In this document: positions 1 to 9,729 of the stretch, in pieces
How positions within the stretch are numbered: position 1 is the first letter of the stretch
How the letters are laid out: each line of letters opens with the position of its first letter
From: Thermodesulfobacteriota bacterium
GTDB lineage: Bacteria > Desulfobacterota_D > UBA1144 > Nemesobacterales > Nemesobacteraceae
DNA length: 64,000 nt
Direction of reading: 5' to 3'
NCBI GenBank assembly: GCA_965202785.1
Contig: OZ241855.1
Coordinates: 544,001-608,000 of the forward strand
Notes under the pieces: generated by a model
The model's input: only the letters and a program-made list of their open reading frames with translations
Told to the model about the DNA's origin: nothing
Databases searched by the model: none
Program-made: the position numbers and the translations under genes

Positions 1-1473
1 CAACTTGAAGTTCTGGCTTAAGAGTTGGGCTAATTCATTGCGGATTGGGAAATTACGTGCGATGTTACGCATAAGATCCTCAGCATCATTGCCTTCGACA
101 GTGATAGAGGCTTTCCGGTTTTTGTGAATATCTTTTAGGCGACTTCTTGACAAGATTTCAGCTAATCTGTGGCGAAGTTTTCTAGATTTATCACCTTCTT
201 TTAGGCGGTCACGGGATGCCATAAACAATTCATTGCGGAATTCCATATTAATCTCAGTACAATCGACGTGAACTAGCAGATAGTTTTTCAAAAGAGGAAA
301 TTTAAGAGACCTAGTAATAAACTCGGATGTGTAGTGCCCATGCACCTGCCCATTGATCGAAAATAGAATTGACATGTTATTCTTGAAGAATTCTCTGCGA
401 AGAGTCTCTCGGGTTTCTTTTACCGATCGCTGATCCACACGTGGCTTAAACACATAACAAGTTACTCCGACCTGCCCAATTTCGTGATCGGTTATATTTT
501 CTGAGAAAAAATCTTCTACGTACCGACTCTCTTCTTCAAGGCGCCGTTTCAATCCATAAAGCTCACGTTGAGGATTACGATCGTCTGGATAACGCTTTTC
601 ATTGTCAATAGTAAATACAGGTAGGGCGGGTTGAAACAGGTATTCATTAATGCTTTGGTTTAGATCTCGTGAGATAACCGACCTAGACCCTGAAGGTAGG
701 TCATAGGAGTAAAGCTTTATCACTGTTCCGGTAGTAAAACGACGATTATAAAGTCCAAGATCCAGGTCTTCGCAGGTAAAAGAAGGAATTTTGCCGTCTA
801 TAATTAGATATTCGTACCAGGTGGACTTTTTTCTCCTCTCTTCTTCGGCAGTGAGCGGGTGCCGACGAACCAAGGTGAACCCGAATGCCTGACCATTATC
901 ATACCGTTTGGAAGCAATAAGTTGATAACGTTGCTGACCACAGAATACAATTGCTCCAGTACCTCCCATGTTATATTTGCCTTGTACAAAGTGAATATCA
1001 TTTTTGTTCCCACGCAAAAGGGACAAAAACGAGGTCTCAAAATCCTCAGGTGCTTGGCCCTCGCCGTCGTCGTAGATTATGAGTGATGTCTCCATACGTG
1101 GCCCATCAGCGAGAATTTGTAGATTTTCCGCTTGCTTTAGGCGCTCCCTCCTTAAGTCCCAGTTCTTATGTTTAGGAAAAAATTGTTGTAAAGCTTCGTC
1201 AATTGATCTTGGCGCTTGGTCCGATTTAGGGTCGATTCCCTGCTCGTAGCATCTGCGCATCAAAATAGCATCAATGCCGTTGGTAATCTTCTCAATTAAT
1301 GCAGGAATCGGTGAAGCTTGCTGGTTTTCAATCACGCCGAAATTGCTCTCGTTTCTTCCATAGGGACGCCAGTTTGATGGATTTCGAATTAACTTGTACT
1401 TATCCAGTATATCTTCAACTCTTTCCTCGACTGGTGCGTTGTAAAGGTCAAAAAAAAGTCGCTTGATATCCAC
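1..1473 (-). CDS. GHKL (HATPase_c)/MORC-like ATPase, 3' end beyond window edge (>=491 aa); not in ORF track
   Basis: Manual translation from GTG at 1473 (GGGAG RBS upstream): MDIKRLFFDLYNAP...PIPALIEKITNGIDA...IYDDGEGQ...VQGKYNMGGTG...TGTVIKL. These are GHKL motifs (ExxxN, DxGxG, GxxGxG-like, GT). The frame stays open to position 1. Confidence 0.8.
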   Translation of the reverse strand, partial: MDIKRLFFDLYNAPVEERVEDILDKYKLIRNPSNWRPYGRNESNFGVIENQQASPIPALIEKITNGIDAILMRRCYEQGIDPKSDQAPRSIDEALQQFFPKHKNWDLRRERLKQAENLQILADGPRMETSLIIYDDGEGQAPEDFETSFLSLLRGNKNDIHFVQGKYNMGGTGAIVFCGQQRYQLIASKRYDNGQAFGFTLVRRHPLTAEEERRKKSTWYEYLIIDGKIPSFTCEDLDLGLYNRRFTTGTVIKLYSYDLPSGSRSVISRDLNQSINEYLFQPALPVFTIDNEKRYPDDRNPQRELYGLKRRLEEESRYVEDFFSENITDHEIGQVGVTCYVFKPRVDQRSVKETRETLRREFFKNNMSILFSINGQVHGHYTSEFITRSLKFPLLKNYLLVHVDCTEINMEFRNELFMASRDRLKEGDKSRKLRHRLAEILSRSRLKDIHKNRKASITVEGNDAEDLMRNIARNFPIRNELAQLLSQNFKL

Positions 1474-1726
1474 CTGAGACTCTCCCTTTATTATATAATC
1501 ATCTTCCAAGCAGTGAGCCCATCTACTACTATATATAGGGCGATTAATTTAACCGACCGACAATACCTGACCAAGAAGACTTGGTTTCGCTATAACTACG
1601 ATACACAACCTCATTTAGAAAGAACTAGATAAAACAACCCTAGGAAGTGTATTGAGTCATACTTAAAGATTTAGTTTATACTTTGAATGGGAAAAAATGG
1701 GGAAAGGCTTTTCAGCCTAACTATAA

Positions 1727-4036
1727 TCATTTGTATGATAACCAAGGAGCAATTTCATCCCACACAAGCCCCAGGATATTATCAGCTCTACGCTTTATAA
1801 ATTGCTTGTCCCATTTTCTAACTTTGTTCAACGGAGAAAGCATATAAAGACTTTCGTTTCTTAATTTTTCAGAAATTGCTTTAAAAGACCCCCCATGCTT
1901 CCTTGCCTTAACTTTAGATAGTAGATTTTTTCTTTCGTCTTGTGTTTCAGCAGCTAGTGCAGCGTAAAACAGTTTTTTATTCGCCCATGAATTATTTCCT
2001 ATCATTGAATTTTCCCTTTGTGGGAGGAGGACAAGATTTCCGATTGTATCGCGGGTATAAGGATTTTGATAAATTTTTGGATCCCATCCATCACCACTGC
2101 CAGATATAGATTGAGGAGCAACGTGTTCAACTGTACCATATTGTTGACCACACCACTTTTCAAAACTAAGGAGATTGATTTCATCGGCGGGAATTATGCC
2201 TTCGCGGCTAATAAGGCCAGCTTTGTTTGGTCTAGCATTATGTGAAGCGGCAAAAAGTAGAAAACGACACAAAGGCCTCGAGCGCTTTGCTAAGTCCACT
2301 TCACGCGCTTGATTGATCCAAGTTTTCTTGTCTTTCACTTCAAGTCGAATTTCCAGATGTTCTCGTAAATTTGCCTTTAATTCTTCAACACTAGGGAGAG
2401 AATTAGTGTGATTTAAACCTACACAAAATGGTTTTTTCTTATCTTGGGAATCTGCATTAATAATTTTTCTAAAGTCACCATCAATTCCTCCAGTGCCTCC
2501 AGTTACCGATCTCCTTAAAACCAGAAAAGCTGTTACAGCTTTTACCGAATCAACAAAGGAATCGGTGTCGTTTTCTCGATATTCCACCCAGTATCTCGCC
2601 AAAATAGGTAGAGCCATACTAGTTTTCATATCCAATATGAATCTAAAGCAAAGCTTTAATATGTCATCTCTCTTAATATCTCCGGTACTGAGGTTAGGTA
2701 TGCTTTCTATGTTCCAATGCCTATACCGGAACTCTGCTATTTCTGCTAACGATTCTACGATTTTGCGTTTGGTTTGTTTTTGCTTACTTTTATCAAATGC
2801 ATTTCGCAAATATGCGCGCTGAGAAGCAAGATCACGCGAAAGTTTGTAGCCATCTAGATACAATGCAAATGTAATAAGTAGATCTTTCGTAGCATTCTGT
2901 CGCTTTTCTGTTTCCTTGTATACAGCATTTAAATATTTTTCAATCCTATCGAAATATTGTTCAGATTCAGAATTATGATAACGGGCAATTTTGTCTTCAA
3001 AGCTAATTACGCGCGGTTTAAAGGTTTCAAGAGCAGTAAGTGGTTCACCTGTTGTATTAAGTGCATCAAAAATATCAAAGGCGGAATCCTCGTCCTTTGT
3101 CTCAACCCGCGTAAGGATAACGCACCTCATCAAGTAATGAGAAAATAGCAAAAGCCTGATTAGACCACTAGAAGCAGAATTTTGGGAAATATGGCTAATT
3201 GCACGATTTTGGTCTTCTTCTTCTCCAAGCACTGTAAGCTTTTCAAATAGATTACGTAACCCCGCTCTTTCAAAACTTTCATGTTGAACTTGCTCATATT
3301 CTAGTTCTTCTTTTGTAGTTTCACTTGGTGTTTTTTTGTCTTCATATATTCTGCTGACTTGCTCCTTTATGTATTTATAATTTTGAAAATAAAGCCTTTC
3401 CTCCGTATCACTTTCCTTTTTTGGCTTGGGGTCAAAAGAAGCCATTCCTCCTTTATAAAAATTGGCGAAATTCATGAGGAAGTTTGCCGTTATAGAAAAG
3501 TATTCTGCCTCTTTTGGGGTAGGAGCTCGGTTGTCTTCTCCGCGAACTATGCGTGGAAATAGCGATGTTGTAACGCGTCCAGGGAGTTGGCCAATTACAC
3601 ATGAAAATAATGTTTCACAGACATGATTAACTTCCTTTTCTATCCACATGGATACTTCTGGTTTGAGATGGCTCCTGTCTTCGCAGTGAAGAAGCAGTTC
3701 TTGAATCAAGCTACAACAAATGAGTATAAGAGTTGTTAACCTTTGTTGTCCATCAACAATAGAAAGTGATGTTCCATCAAATGAATTCTCAGATTGCTCG
3801 GAGACGAGGATCATAGTTGCTAAGAAAGTGTATTTATATTCATCTTTGTTTTTGGATTCAGAAAGATAATAAAATCCGTTCAGGCAATCTTCTAAAAGCC
3901 TTTTAATCTTTTCTTGACTCCAATTGTATGTACGCTGATATTCGGGCACGCGAAAACCTACTCTTGCGCTGTGGCTGTTCATAGTTTCCCAAAAATTATC
4001 AGTTTTTGCCGGAAAAAGTTCTCTTATTGGTCGCAT
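1727..4036 (-). CDS. DUF262 + DUF1524 (HNH) protein, SspE/GmrSD-like modification-dependent nuclease
   Basis: N-terminal VPEYQRTYNW, IVDGQQRLTTL and FDALNTTGEPL (DUF262); C-terminal TVEHVAPQ...IGNLVLL..ENS (HNH/DUF1524); 769 aa; AT-rich DNA. Confidence 0.85.
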   Translation of the reverse strand: MRPIRELFPAKTDNFWETMNSHSARVGFRVPEYQRTYNWSQEKIKRLLEDCLNGFYYLSESKNKDEYKYTFLATMILVSEQSENSFDGTSLSIVDGQQRLTTLILICCSLIQELLLHCEDRSHLKPEVSMWIEKEVNHVCETLFSCVIGQLPGRVTTSLFPRIVRGEDNRAPTPKEAEYFSITANFLMNFANFYKGGMASFDPKPKKESDTEERLYFQNYKYIKEQVSRIYEDKKTPSETTKEELEYEQVQHESFERAGLRNLFEKLTVLGEEEDQNRAISHISQNSASSGLIRLLLFSHYLMRCVILTRVETKDEDSAFDIFDALNTTGEPLTALETFKPRVISFEDKIARYHNSESEQYFDRIEKYLNAVYKETEKRQNATKDLLITFALYLDGYKLSRDLASQRAYLRNAFDKSKQKQTKRKIVESLAEIAEFRYRHWNIESIPNLSTGDIKRDDILKLCFRFILDMKTSMALPILARYWVEYRENDTDSFVDSVKAVTAFLVLRRSVTGGTGGIDGDFRKIINADSQDKKKPFCVGLNHTNSLPSVEELKANLREHLEIRLEVKDKKTWINQAREVDLAKRSRPLCRFLLFAASHNARPNKAGLISREGIIPADEINLLSFEKWCGQQYGTVEHVAPQSISGSGDGWDPKIYQNPYTRDTIGNLVLLPQRENSMIGNNSWANKKLFYAALAAETQDERKNLLSKVKARKHGGSFKAISEKLRNESLYMLSPLNKVRKWDKQFIKRRADNILGLVWDEIAPWLSYK

Positions 4037-4071
4037 TAATTAACTTCCTTCTAATGTTGATTTTTGTTCCT

Positions 4072-4095
4072 TGAAAACTTCCAGAGAAGTTTTCA
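4072..4095. promoter_or_regulatory. Perfect 10-bp inverted repeat, candidate operator or hairpin upstream of the DUF262 gene
   Basis: TGAAAACTTC-CAGA-GAAGTTTTCA, ~35 nt upstream of the ATG at 4036. Confidence 0.4.
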
Positions 4096-4264
4096 CTGGT
4101 TTGCTATGTACGACTCTCATGGCTGTTAATAAGATGCAGGATATCGAGCACCTGATCATCAGTATCTTTCACGTTATATTTGGTTTTATCTCGTTCTTCA
4201 ATATTCATCGGTAAAAATATCTTTCCGTATCATATACATGATTAGAAAAAAGTTTAAAAAAACT

Positions 4265-5809
4265 TTATGCATTCTCTTCAGCAAAACCAATCTGAAAGCC
4301 TTTCCCTTCTTCCCCCCGCGCAACCGTCTCGTAATCGCACCCAATAGCCTTAGCAAGAGCCCCCAGGCGGCGACCGACGGTTTCCGGGTGAGGAATCTGG
4401 TCAGGCATATGCAAGGTAAGCTTCTCTCTGGTCCTCTCAAGCCTGGTGCTCTCAAGAATCCGCGTCACTCCCCCGGAAACTGTGTAGGCAAGGCGAAGTG
4501 CAAGTCCCGTGACCCTGGCTTCCTCAATATCGTCTCCGGAAAGAAAATCTGAAACTTCCCAGCGTCGGACCAGGTTTCCAATCGCCGCGTGCCTTGAGGC
4601 GACCGAAAAAGCCACCCTTACCCTTTCAGGGTGCGTAATTCCCACAAAGGGCATCCGCAGTATCCTCAAAAACACCTGCTCCGCCCGGTACTCGGGATGC
4701 TCGGAAATTCCTATGTCCGAGAGATGACATGCGACAAGCCTGAGTCTTGAGTCTCCAACATATTCATCTGGAATCGCCGCCTCCATCCATCTGCAGAAAG
4801 TCTTGCCGTCCTCAACGGATCTTCCCATCTTAAGTGCGATCTCCTCGCACATGACAACCAGAGGGTCGAGAGAACGCTGCTCCGGGGAAAGATCGTCGTA
4901 TATGCATCCCTCCCGAAGCCCGTACGTGCAGAACGTAAGGTTGTCAACGTCCGTTTTTTTCAGAAGACTCTTCATAAGCGCGGCGGCGTAAGGAGCGGAC
5001 TCCACCCTGTTTCGCCCCAGGATCCAGAGATCCTGAAGCGAACCCGAAGACATCTCGGATATCTCCCGGGCCATCTCAACCGCCCTGAATCTGGAAAGAC
5101 TGTAGCCGTGGACTATGCGAAGCGGGTAATCCTCAGACTCCATGTGTTTTTTAGCAAGAGCTCTCCACGAACCCCCGACGGCGTAGAAGGTCTTCTTTTT
5201 CGCGTTCTCAAGCCAGGGAAGTTCGTCAAGCAGGGGAGCGATCAGTCTCTTGCGGGCCTTCGCGGGACTTAGACCGCTTTCAAGAAGCGGTATCGTGCCA
5301 AGCGGCAACGTGGCGTGGTTCCCTATTTCCCCCTCGCAAACCTCTATCAGCTCAAGGCTTCCGCCGCCTATGTCTCCCACTATGCCGTCAGCTTCAGGGA
5401 TAGCGCACAGGGTTCCGAGCGCGGAAAGCGTTGCCTCCTCCATGCCGGAGAGCACCCGAAGCGAAATCCCGCATTGCTGCTCAACCGCCTCTTTGAAGTC
5501 GGGACCGTTTACGGCGTTTCTTACCGCAGCGGTGGCAACTGCCTTTATTCCGGAAACCCTCATTGAGCGCGCGATATCGACAAAGCGGCTTACGGTCCGC
5601 AGGGCGAGATCCATGCTCTTGGGCGACATCATGCCCCGAGAGTCCATTCCACGCCCCAGGCCGCAGGCGACTTTCTCATCAAGTATCGGAAGCGGGGCAC
5701 GCCTCGGACCCTTGTAAATCACAAGACGGATGGAGTTCGACCCTACGTCTATTACGGCCGCAGTTCCGATCTTGCCGAAGGGCGCGTCGGAGGAAGAAAT
5801 TTCTGTCAT
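4265..5809 (-). CDS. ppx: Exopolyphosphatase Ppx/GppA
   Basis: IDVGSNSIRL, ATAAVRNA, DIGGGSLEL and GLREG motifs; directly downstream of ppk1; probable start MTEISS. Confidence 0.92.
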   Translation of the reverse strand: MTEISSSDAPFGKIGTAAVIDVGSNSIRLVIYKGPRRAPLPILDEKVACGLGRGMDSRGMMSPKSMDLALRTVSRFVDIARSMRVSGIKAVATAAVRNAVNGPDFKEAVEQQCGISLRVLSGMEEATLSALGTLCAIPEADGIVGDIGGGSLELIEVCEGEIGNHATLPLGTIPLLESGLSPAKARKRLIAPLLDELPWLENAKKKTFYAVGGSWRALAKKHMESEDYPLRIVHGYSLSRFRAVEMAREISEMSSGSLQDLWILGRNRVESAPYAAALMKSLLKKTDVDNLTFCTYGLREGCIYDDLSPEQRSLDPLVVMCEEIALKMGRSVEDGKTFCRWMEAAIPDEYVGDSRLRLVACHLSDIGISEHPEYRAEQVFLRILRMPFVGITHPERVRVAFSVASRHAAIGNLVRRWEVSDFLSGDDIEEARVTGLALRLAYTVSGGVTRILESTRLERTREKLTLHMPDQIPHPETVGRRLGALAKAIGCDYETVARGEEGKGFQIGFAEENA

Positions 5810-5813
5810 AGAT

Positions 5814-7979
5814 TTATTCCTGCACAAACTCAGCCGGCATTAGCGGCCGGGATTTGGCAAGCGCCTTGCCTCTTCCTGAAAGACTGGGGTTGGTCATGAA
5901 GTACTTGTGAGCCGAGAATCTGTCCGTATCGCTTTTAAGCTTTTGGAAAGAGCCGTCCGGCTGCATCTCCCAGCTGCTCTCAACGTCGTTTAAGTTAGCC
6001 ACCATCACCTGCTCGACAAGCTGTTTTTTCACAGTGGCGTTTTCGATCGGAACAAGCGACTCCACCCTGCGGTCAAGATTTCGGGGCATCCAGTCGGCAG
6101 ACGAGATGAAAACCTTGCAGGCATTGGAGGGAAGCCCCTCCCCGGCACCGAAGCAGATGACCCTGCTGTGCTCAAGGAAACGTCCCACGATGCTCTTTAC
6201 CCTGATGTTCTCAGAAAGCCCCGGCACTCCGGGCCTCAGGCAGCATATTCCCCGAACGAAAAGCTCGATCCGCACCCCCGCGCAGCTTGCCGCGTAAAGC
6301 GCGTCTATTATCTTGCTGTCCACAAGGGAATTCATCTTGGCCCATATGACCGCGGGGCGTCCGGCCTTCGCATGATTAACCTCGTCCCTTATGAGCTCAA
6401 GCACCTTCGGGCGCATCGTGACGGGAGAGAAGAATATCCTCTCCATCTTCTTCGGAGTGGCGTAGCCGGTCATGTAGTTAAAAAGCTTGGCGGCGTCGCG
6501 TCCCAGCGCCTCGTCGGCGGTGAAGTAGCTGAGATCCGTGTATATCTTTGCGTTTACCGGGTGATAGTTGCCGGTTCCGAAGTGGGCGTAGGTGCGGATG
6601 TCGGAACCTTCCCTCCTTACCACAAGAGACACCTTGGCGTGGGTTTTAAGATCGATGAATCCGAACACGACCTGAACTCCCGCGTCCTCAAGGTCGTGCG
6701 CCCAGCGGATGTTGGCCTCCTCATCGAAACGGGCCTTAAGCTCCACCATGGCAGTTACGGATTTCCCGGCTTCGGCGGCCTCTATGAGCCTTTTCACTAT
6801 CGGAGAGTCTTCCGAGGTGCGGTAAAGCGTCTGCTTGATCGCGACGACCGCCGGATCGGCGGCGGCCTGCTTCAGGAACTCAACGACGACATCGAAACTC
6901 TCGTAGGGGTGGTGAACGACGAAGTCTTTCTGCTGTATGGCGGCGATCACGTCACCTCCGAACTCCCTCACCCTCTCGGGGTAGCGGATGTTCATGCGCT
7001 TGTAAAGAAGGTCGCTTCGCTCATCGAGTATTACCTGTTTCACGCTCTCAAGCCCGAGCATCCCCTTGATCCTGAAGAAATGCGCGTTGCGGGCCTCAAG
7101 CTTCTCCATTATGAAATCAACGATCGTATCCGGCATGTCCGCGTTTACGTCAACCCTGATCACAGACCCTCCCCTTCGAATGGACTTAAGTGCCGTTTCG
7201 AACGTCTCGACCAGGTCTTCCGCGTCCTCGTCTATCTCCAGAAGGCTGTCGCGGGTGACTTCGAAGATTCCGCTGTCCTCCACCTCAAAACCCGGAAAAA
7301 GGGATTTCATGTTGTGCTCGATAACCTTCTCGATCGGGACAAGCTGGATTTTCTTTTCTCCCGGAACCCTTATGAAGCGCTCCACCTGGGAAGGCAACAG
7401 TATGAGACCCTTCATGCGCTTTCCGTCCTCGGCGCGGCTTAGCTGCACGGCGCACACAAGGCTTCCGCTCTGTATGAAGGGAAACGGATGCGCCGGGTCT
7501 ATGGCAAGCGGGGTAAGCACCGGAAAAAGCTTTTTCGAGAACCACTCGGAAAGCCACCTGGCGCCCGAGCGGTCGAGTTTCTCGGGAGTCACAATCTTGA
7601 TCCCCGCCTTCTTGCAGAGAGAAAACAGTTCCTTTTCGCACTCGTACTGGTTGTCAAGCAGAAAGCGGACCTTCTCCCCTATGGCTTCTAGTTGCTGAGA
7701 AGGCGTAAGGCCGTCTTTGCTGCGGTCGGTAACTCCTTCCATAACCTGTCCCGCGAGACCCGCCACCCTGACCATGTAGAACTCGTCAAGGTTGCTCGCA
7801 GAGATCGAGAGAAAGCGCACCCTCTCAAGCAGCGGAACCTTTTTGTTTGCCGCCGTCTCAAGAACCCGCAGGTTAAAGTCAAGCCAGGAAAGCTCCCTGT
7901 TAAGATACTTCTCCTTCCTGGAAAAACCGGCAGGACCCCTCTTGCTGGCGATGTCCGTTATAGAAGAAGCCATCTGCAA
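5814..7979 (-). CDS. ppk1: Polyphosphate kinase 1
   Basis: NRELSWLDFN, HHPYESF, ELKARFDEEANI, KTHAK and RFLEHSR motifs. Confidence 0.97.
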   Translation of the reverse strand: MQMASSITDIASKRGPAGFSRKEKYLNRELSWLDFNLRVLETAANKKVPLLERVRFLSISASNLDEFYMVRVAGLAGQVMEGVTDRSKDGLTPSQQLEAIGEKVRFLLDNQYECEKELFSLCKKAGIKIVTPEKLDRSGARWLSEWFSKKLFPVLTPLAIDPAHPFPFIQSGSLVCAVQLSRAEDGKRMKGLILLPSQVERFIRVPGEKKIQLVPIEKVIEHNMKSLFPGFEVEDSGIFEVTRDSLLEIDEDAEDLVETFETALKSIRRGGSVIRVDVNADMPDTIVDFIMEKLEARNAHFFRIKGMLGLESVKQVILDERSDLLYKRMNIRYPERVREFGGDVIAAIQQKDFVVHHPYESFDVVVEFLKQAAADPAVVAIKQTLYRTSEDSPIVKRLIEAAEAGKSVTAMVELKARFDEEANIRWAHDLEDAGVQVVFGFIDLKTHAKVSLVVRREGSDIRTYAHFGTGNYHPVNAKIYTDLSYFTADEALGRDAAKLFNYMTGYATPKKMERIFFSPVTMRPKVLELIRDEVNHAKAGRPAVIWAKMNSLVDSKIIDALYAASCAGVRIELFVRGICCLRPGVPGLSENIRVKSIVGRFLEHSRVICFGAGEGLPSNACKVFISSADWMPRNLDRRVESLVPIENATVKKQLVEQVMVANLNDVESSWEMQPDGSFQKLKSDTDRFSAHKYFMTNPSLSGRGKALAKSRPLMPAEFVQE

Positions 7980-8061
7980 CCTCCCGAGGTAATAACATGC
8001 TGCGTCCTAACACCCACAATCCGTGAGTTTACATAATTACCAGGCGTGTGAAAAGCCGGAC

Positions 8062-9612
8062 TCACCGCTCTGTCTCCCAAAACGGGGCAATCCGCACGAG
8101 GCGTCTCCACTGCGGCTGCGCCGTGCGAAGGCACTTTCTAACCCGGGCCTGCGACCACTCCTGCGCTAGGCGGACCACCGAAGGATCGAGCCTCTCGGGC
8201 TTGACCGCCGCGAGTATGTGCCGCGCAACTATCGCGTCGTTTGTCTTTCCGAGGCTGTCCTGGAAGCGTCCCATGAGTTTCATGAAGGGCGGAACCCCGG
8301 GACCGCTCCAGAGCGAGTTGAAGAACTGCGTTGCGTAGCGGGCCTTTTTCCCCCGCTTTCTTATTTCGTGAAGGTCCTCGTCGGGAAGACGGGAAAGGGG
8401 CCTCGTATCTTCGAGAAAATAGCGCCATGTTTTCCTGAGCACGCTTCTGGCAAAAGGCTTCACGGGCTGGCTGAAAGTTCTTGAGCCGACCTCCCTCTCC
8501 ACAGACGCGATCCATCGCTCGAACTGGAGCAGAAGACGGGCGTAGCGGCGGCTCTCAAGACAGGCGGCCGCGTCCCCGACGGCACGGCGCCGCTCGGCGC
8601 GCGCGATGCGCCTAAGGCGCTCCATCGCTTCATCCTGCCCCGGCGCGGCGGAGGCTATTTTGGGAAGCGTCTCGCTTAAAAACACCTGCCAGTCGCGAGC
8701 CGGGGCCAGACGCTGCTGGAACCAGCGGAACTCCCCGTTAAAGGCTTTTCGCTTGTCATATGGAAGTATTCTCTTAAAAGCCCGAAGCGCCGCGCGCACG
8801 CGCCTCATAGCCACCCTCGTCTGGTGAACCCCCTCCGCCCTTCCCTCCAGGGTTGGAATCTCGTTTGCGAACATGTGCTCAAGCGCGCCCGAGATGATGG
8901 AATTAAACGCCTCTCCCACGCTCATCTCCTCTGTGAGAGTGACCTTCGGGGCCTTAAGCGGTCTTGGCCGAAGGGCCGGCCTTGCAAGCGCGTAGCCCCT
9001 CTGCGCCTTGGTAAGGTGGCCGAGGCGTATGTCGTAGGCCTCGCAGAGTTCAAGAGCCACGTCGAACATCCGTGCCGGGTCCCCCGAGAGCAGTTCGAAC
9101 TCCGCTTCGCAGATAGGTTCAGAAACGCGTCCCCGGGGTGTTTCAGCATGAATCACCCCCTGGTCCACCGCCAGCTCGAATTCGGCGCCCTTGGTCCTGA
9201 TGCGAACCGCTTCGCGCTCAAAGTCCGTGGTGAACACGGGGCCGAGACGCTTTTCGTAACGCCGGCGGGTGAGCTTGCGAGCGAGCGCGGGATCATCCAC
9301 GGCGCGCAGATTCGGACAGTCGCCGTTTACCGCCACGGTCCATTCGCGGAAATTCTGAAGGCCCGCGGGGCCTCGAAACGGCGCCTTTATGGTCTGCTCC
9401 CTTCCATTTCCGTTATCGCGTACCCGAAGCGCTATTTCGGATCTTCTGAGAGCGTGGCGCGGAGTGTCGAAATAGGTGCTCACGAGATGGCGCTTTGTGC
9501 GACGCCCCCTACGAAGGGACTTAAGCCCCTTGTAACGCAGAATCCGATTCGCCACGGCGGGCGAAAGGGACAGCTTGAGCTCCATTTCCTCGTACATGAC
9601 GTAAAAATTCAA
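8062..9612 (-). CDS. CYTH + CHAD domain protein (YgiF-like triphosphatase / polyP-binding)
   Basis: EMELK and YFDTP...LRVR (CYTH); VHQTRVAMRR and LHEIRKRGKKARY (CHAD). Confidence 0.88.
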   Translation of the reverse strand: MNFYVMYEEMELKLSLSPAVANRILRYKGLKSLRRGRRTKRHLVSTYFDTPRHALRRSEIALRVRDNGNGREQTIKAPFRGPAGLQNFREWTVAVNGDCPNLRAVDDPALARKLTRRRYEKRLGPVFTTDFEREAVRIRTKGAEFELAVDQGVIHAETPRGRVSEPICEAEFELLSGDPARMFDVALELCEAYDIRLGHLTKAQRGYALARPALRPRPLKAPKVTLTEEMSVGEAFNSIISGALEHMFANEIPTLEGRAEGVHQTRVAMRRVRAALRAFKRILPYDKRKAFNGEFRWFQQRLAPARDWQVFLSETLPKIASAAPGQDEAMERLRRIARAERRRAVGDAAACLESRRYARLLLQFERWIASVEREVGSRTFSQPVKPFARSVLRKTWRYFLEDTRPLSRLPDEDLHEIRKRGKKARYATQFFNSLWSGPGVPPFMKLMGRFQDSLGKTNDAIVARHILAAVKPERLDPSVVRLAQEWSQARVRKCLRTAQPQWRRLVRIAPFWETER

Positions 9613-9729
9613 CCACCCATTTACCGAAAAACAGAATGTTTATTTTACTTGATTAGGACTTGGTTGTCATTTCTCTCCGCTACTGGATGAAACCGGAGGA
9701 AGATGTATAATTTAACATCGTAACCCGCA

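Noticed and set aside
804-1086. Two short ORFs in the track (78 aa and 75 aa)
   Set aside because: They lie inside the longer GHKL ATPase frame (1-1473)
6168-7442. 424-aa ORF opposite ppk1 (likewise 23575-24726, 54031-54924, 8824-9690 and other long antisense ORFs)
   Set aside because: Fully overlap well-supported genes on the other strand; expected from codon bias
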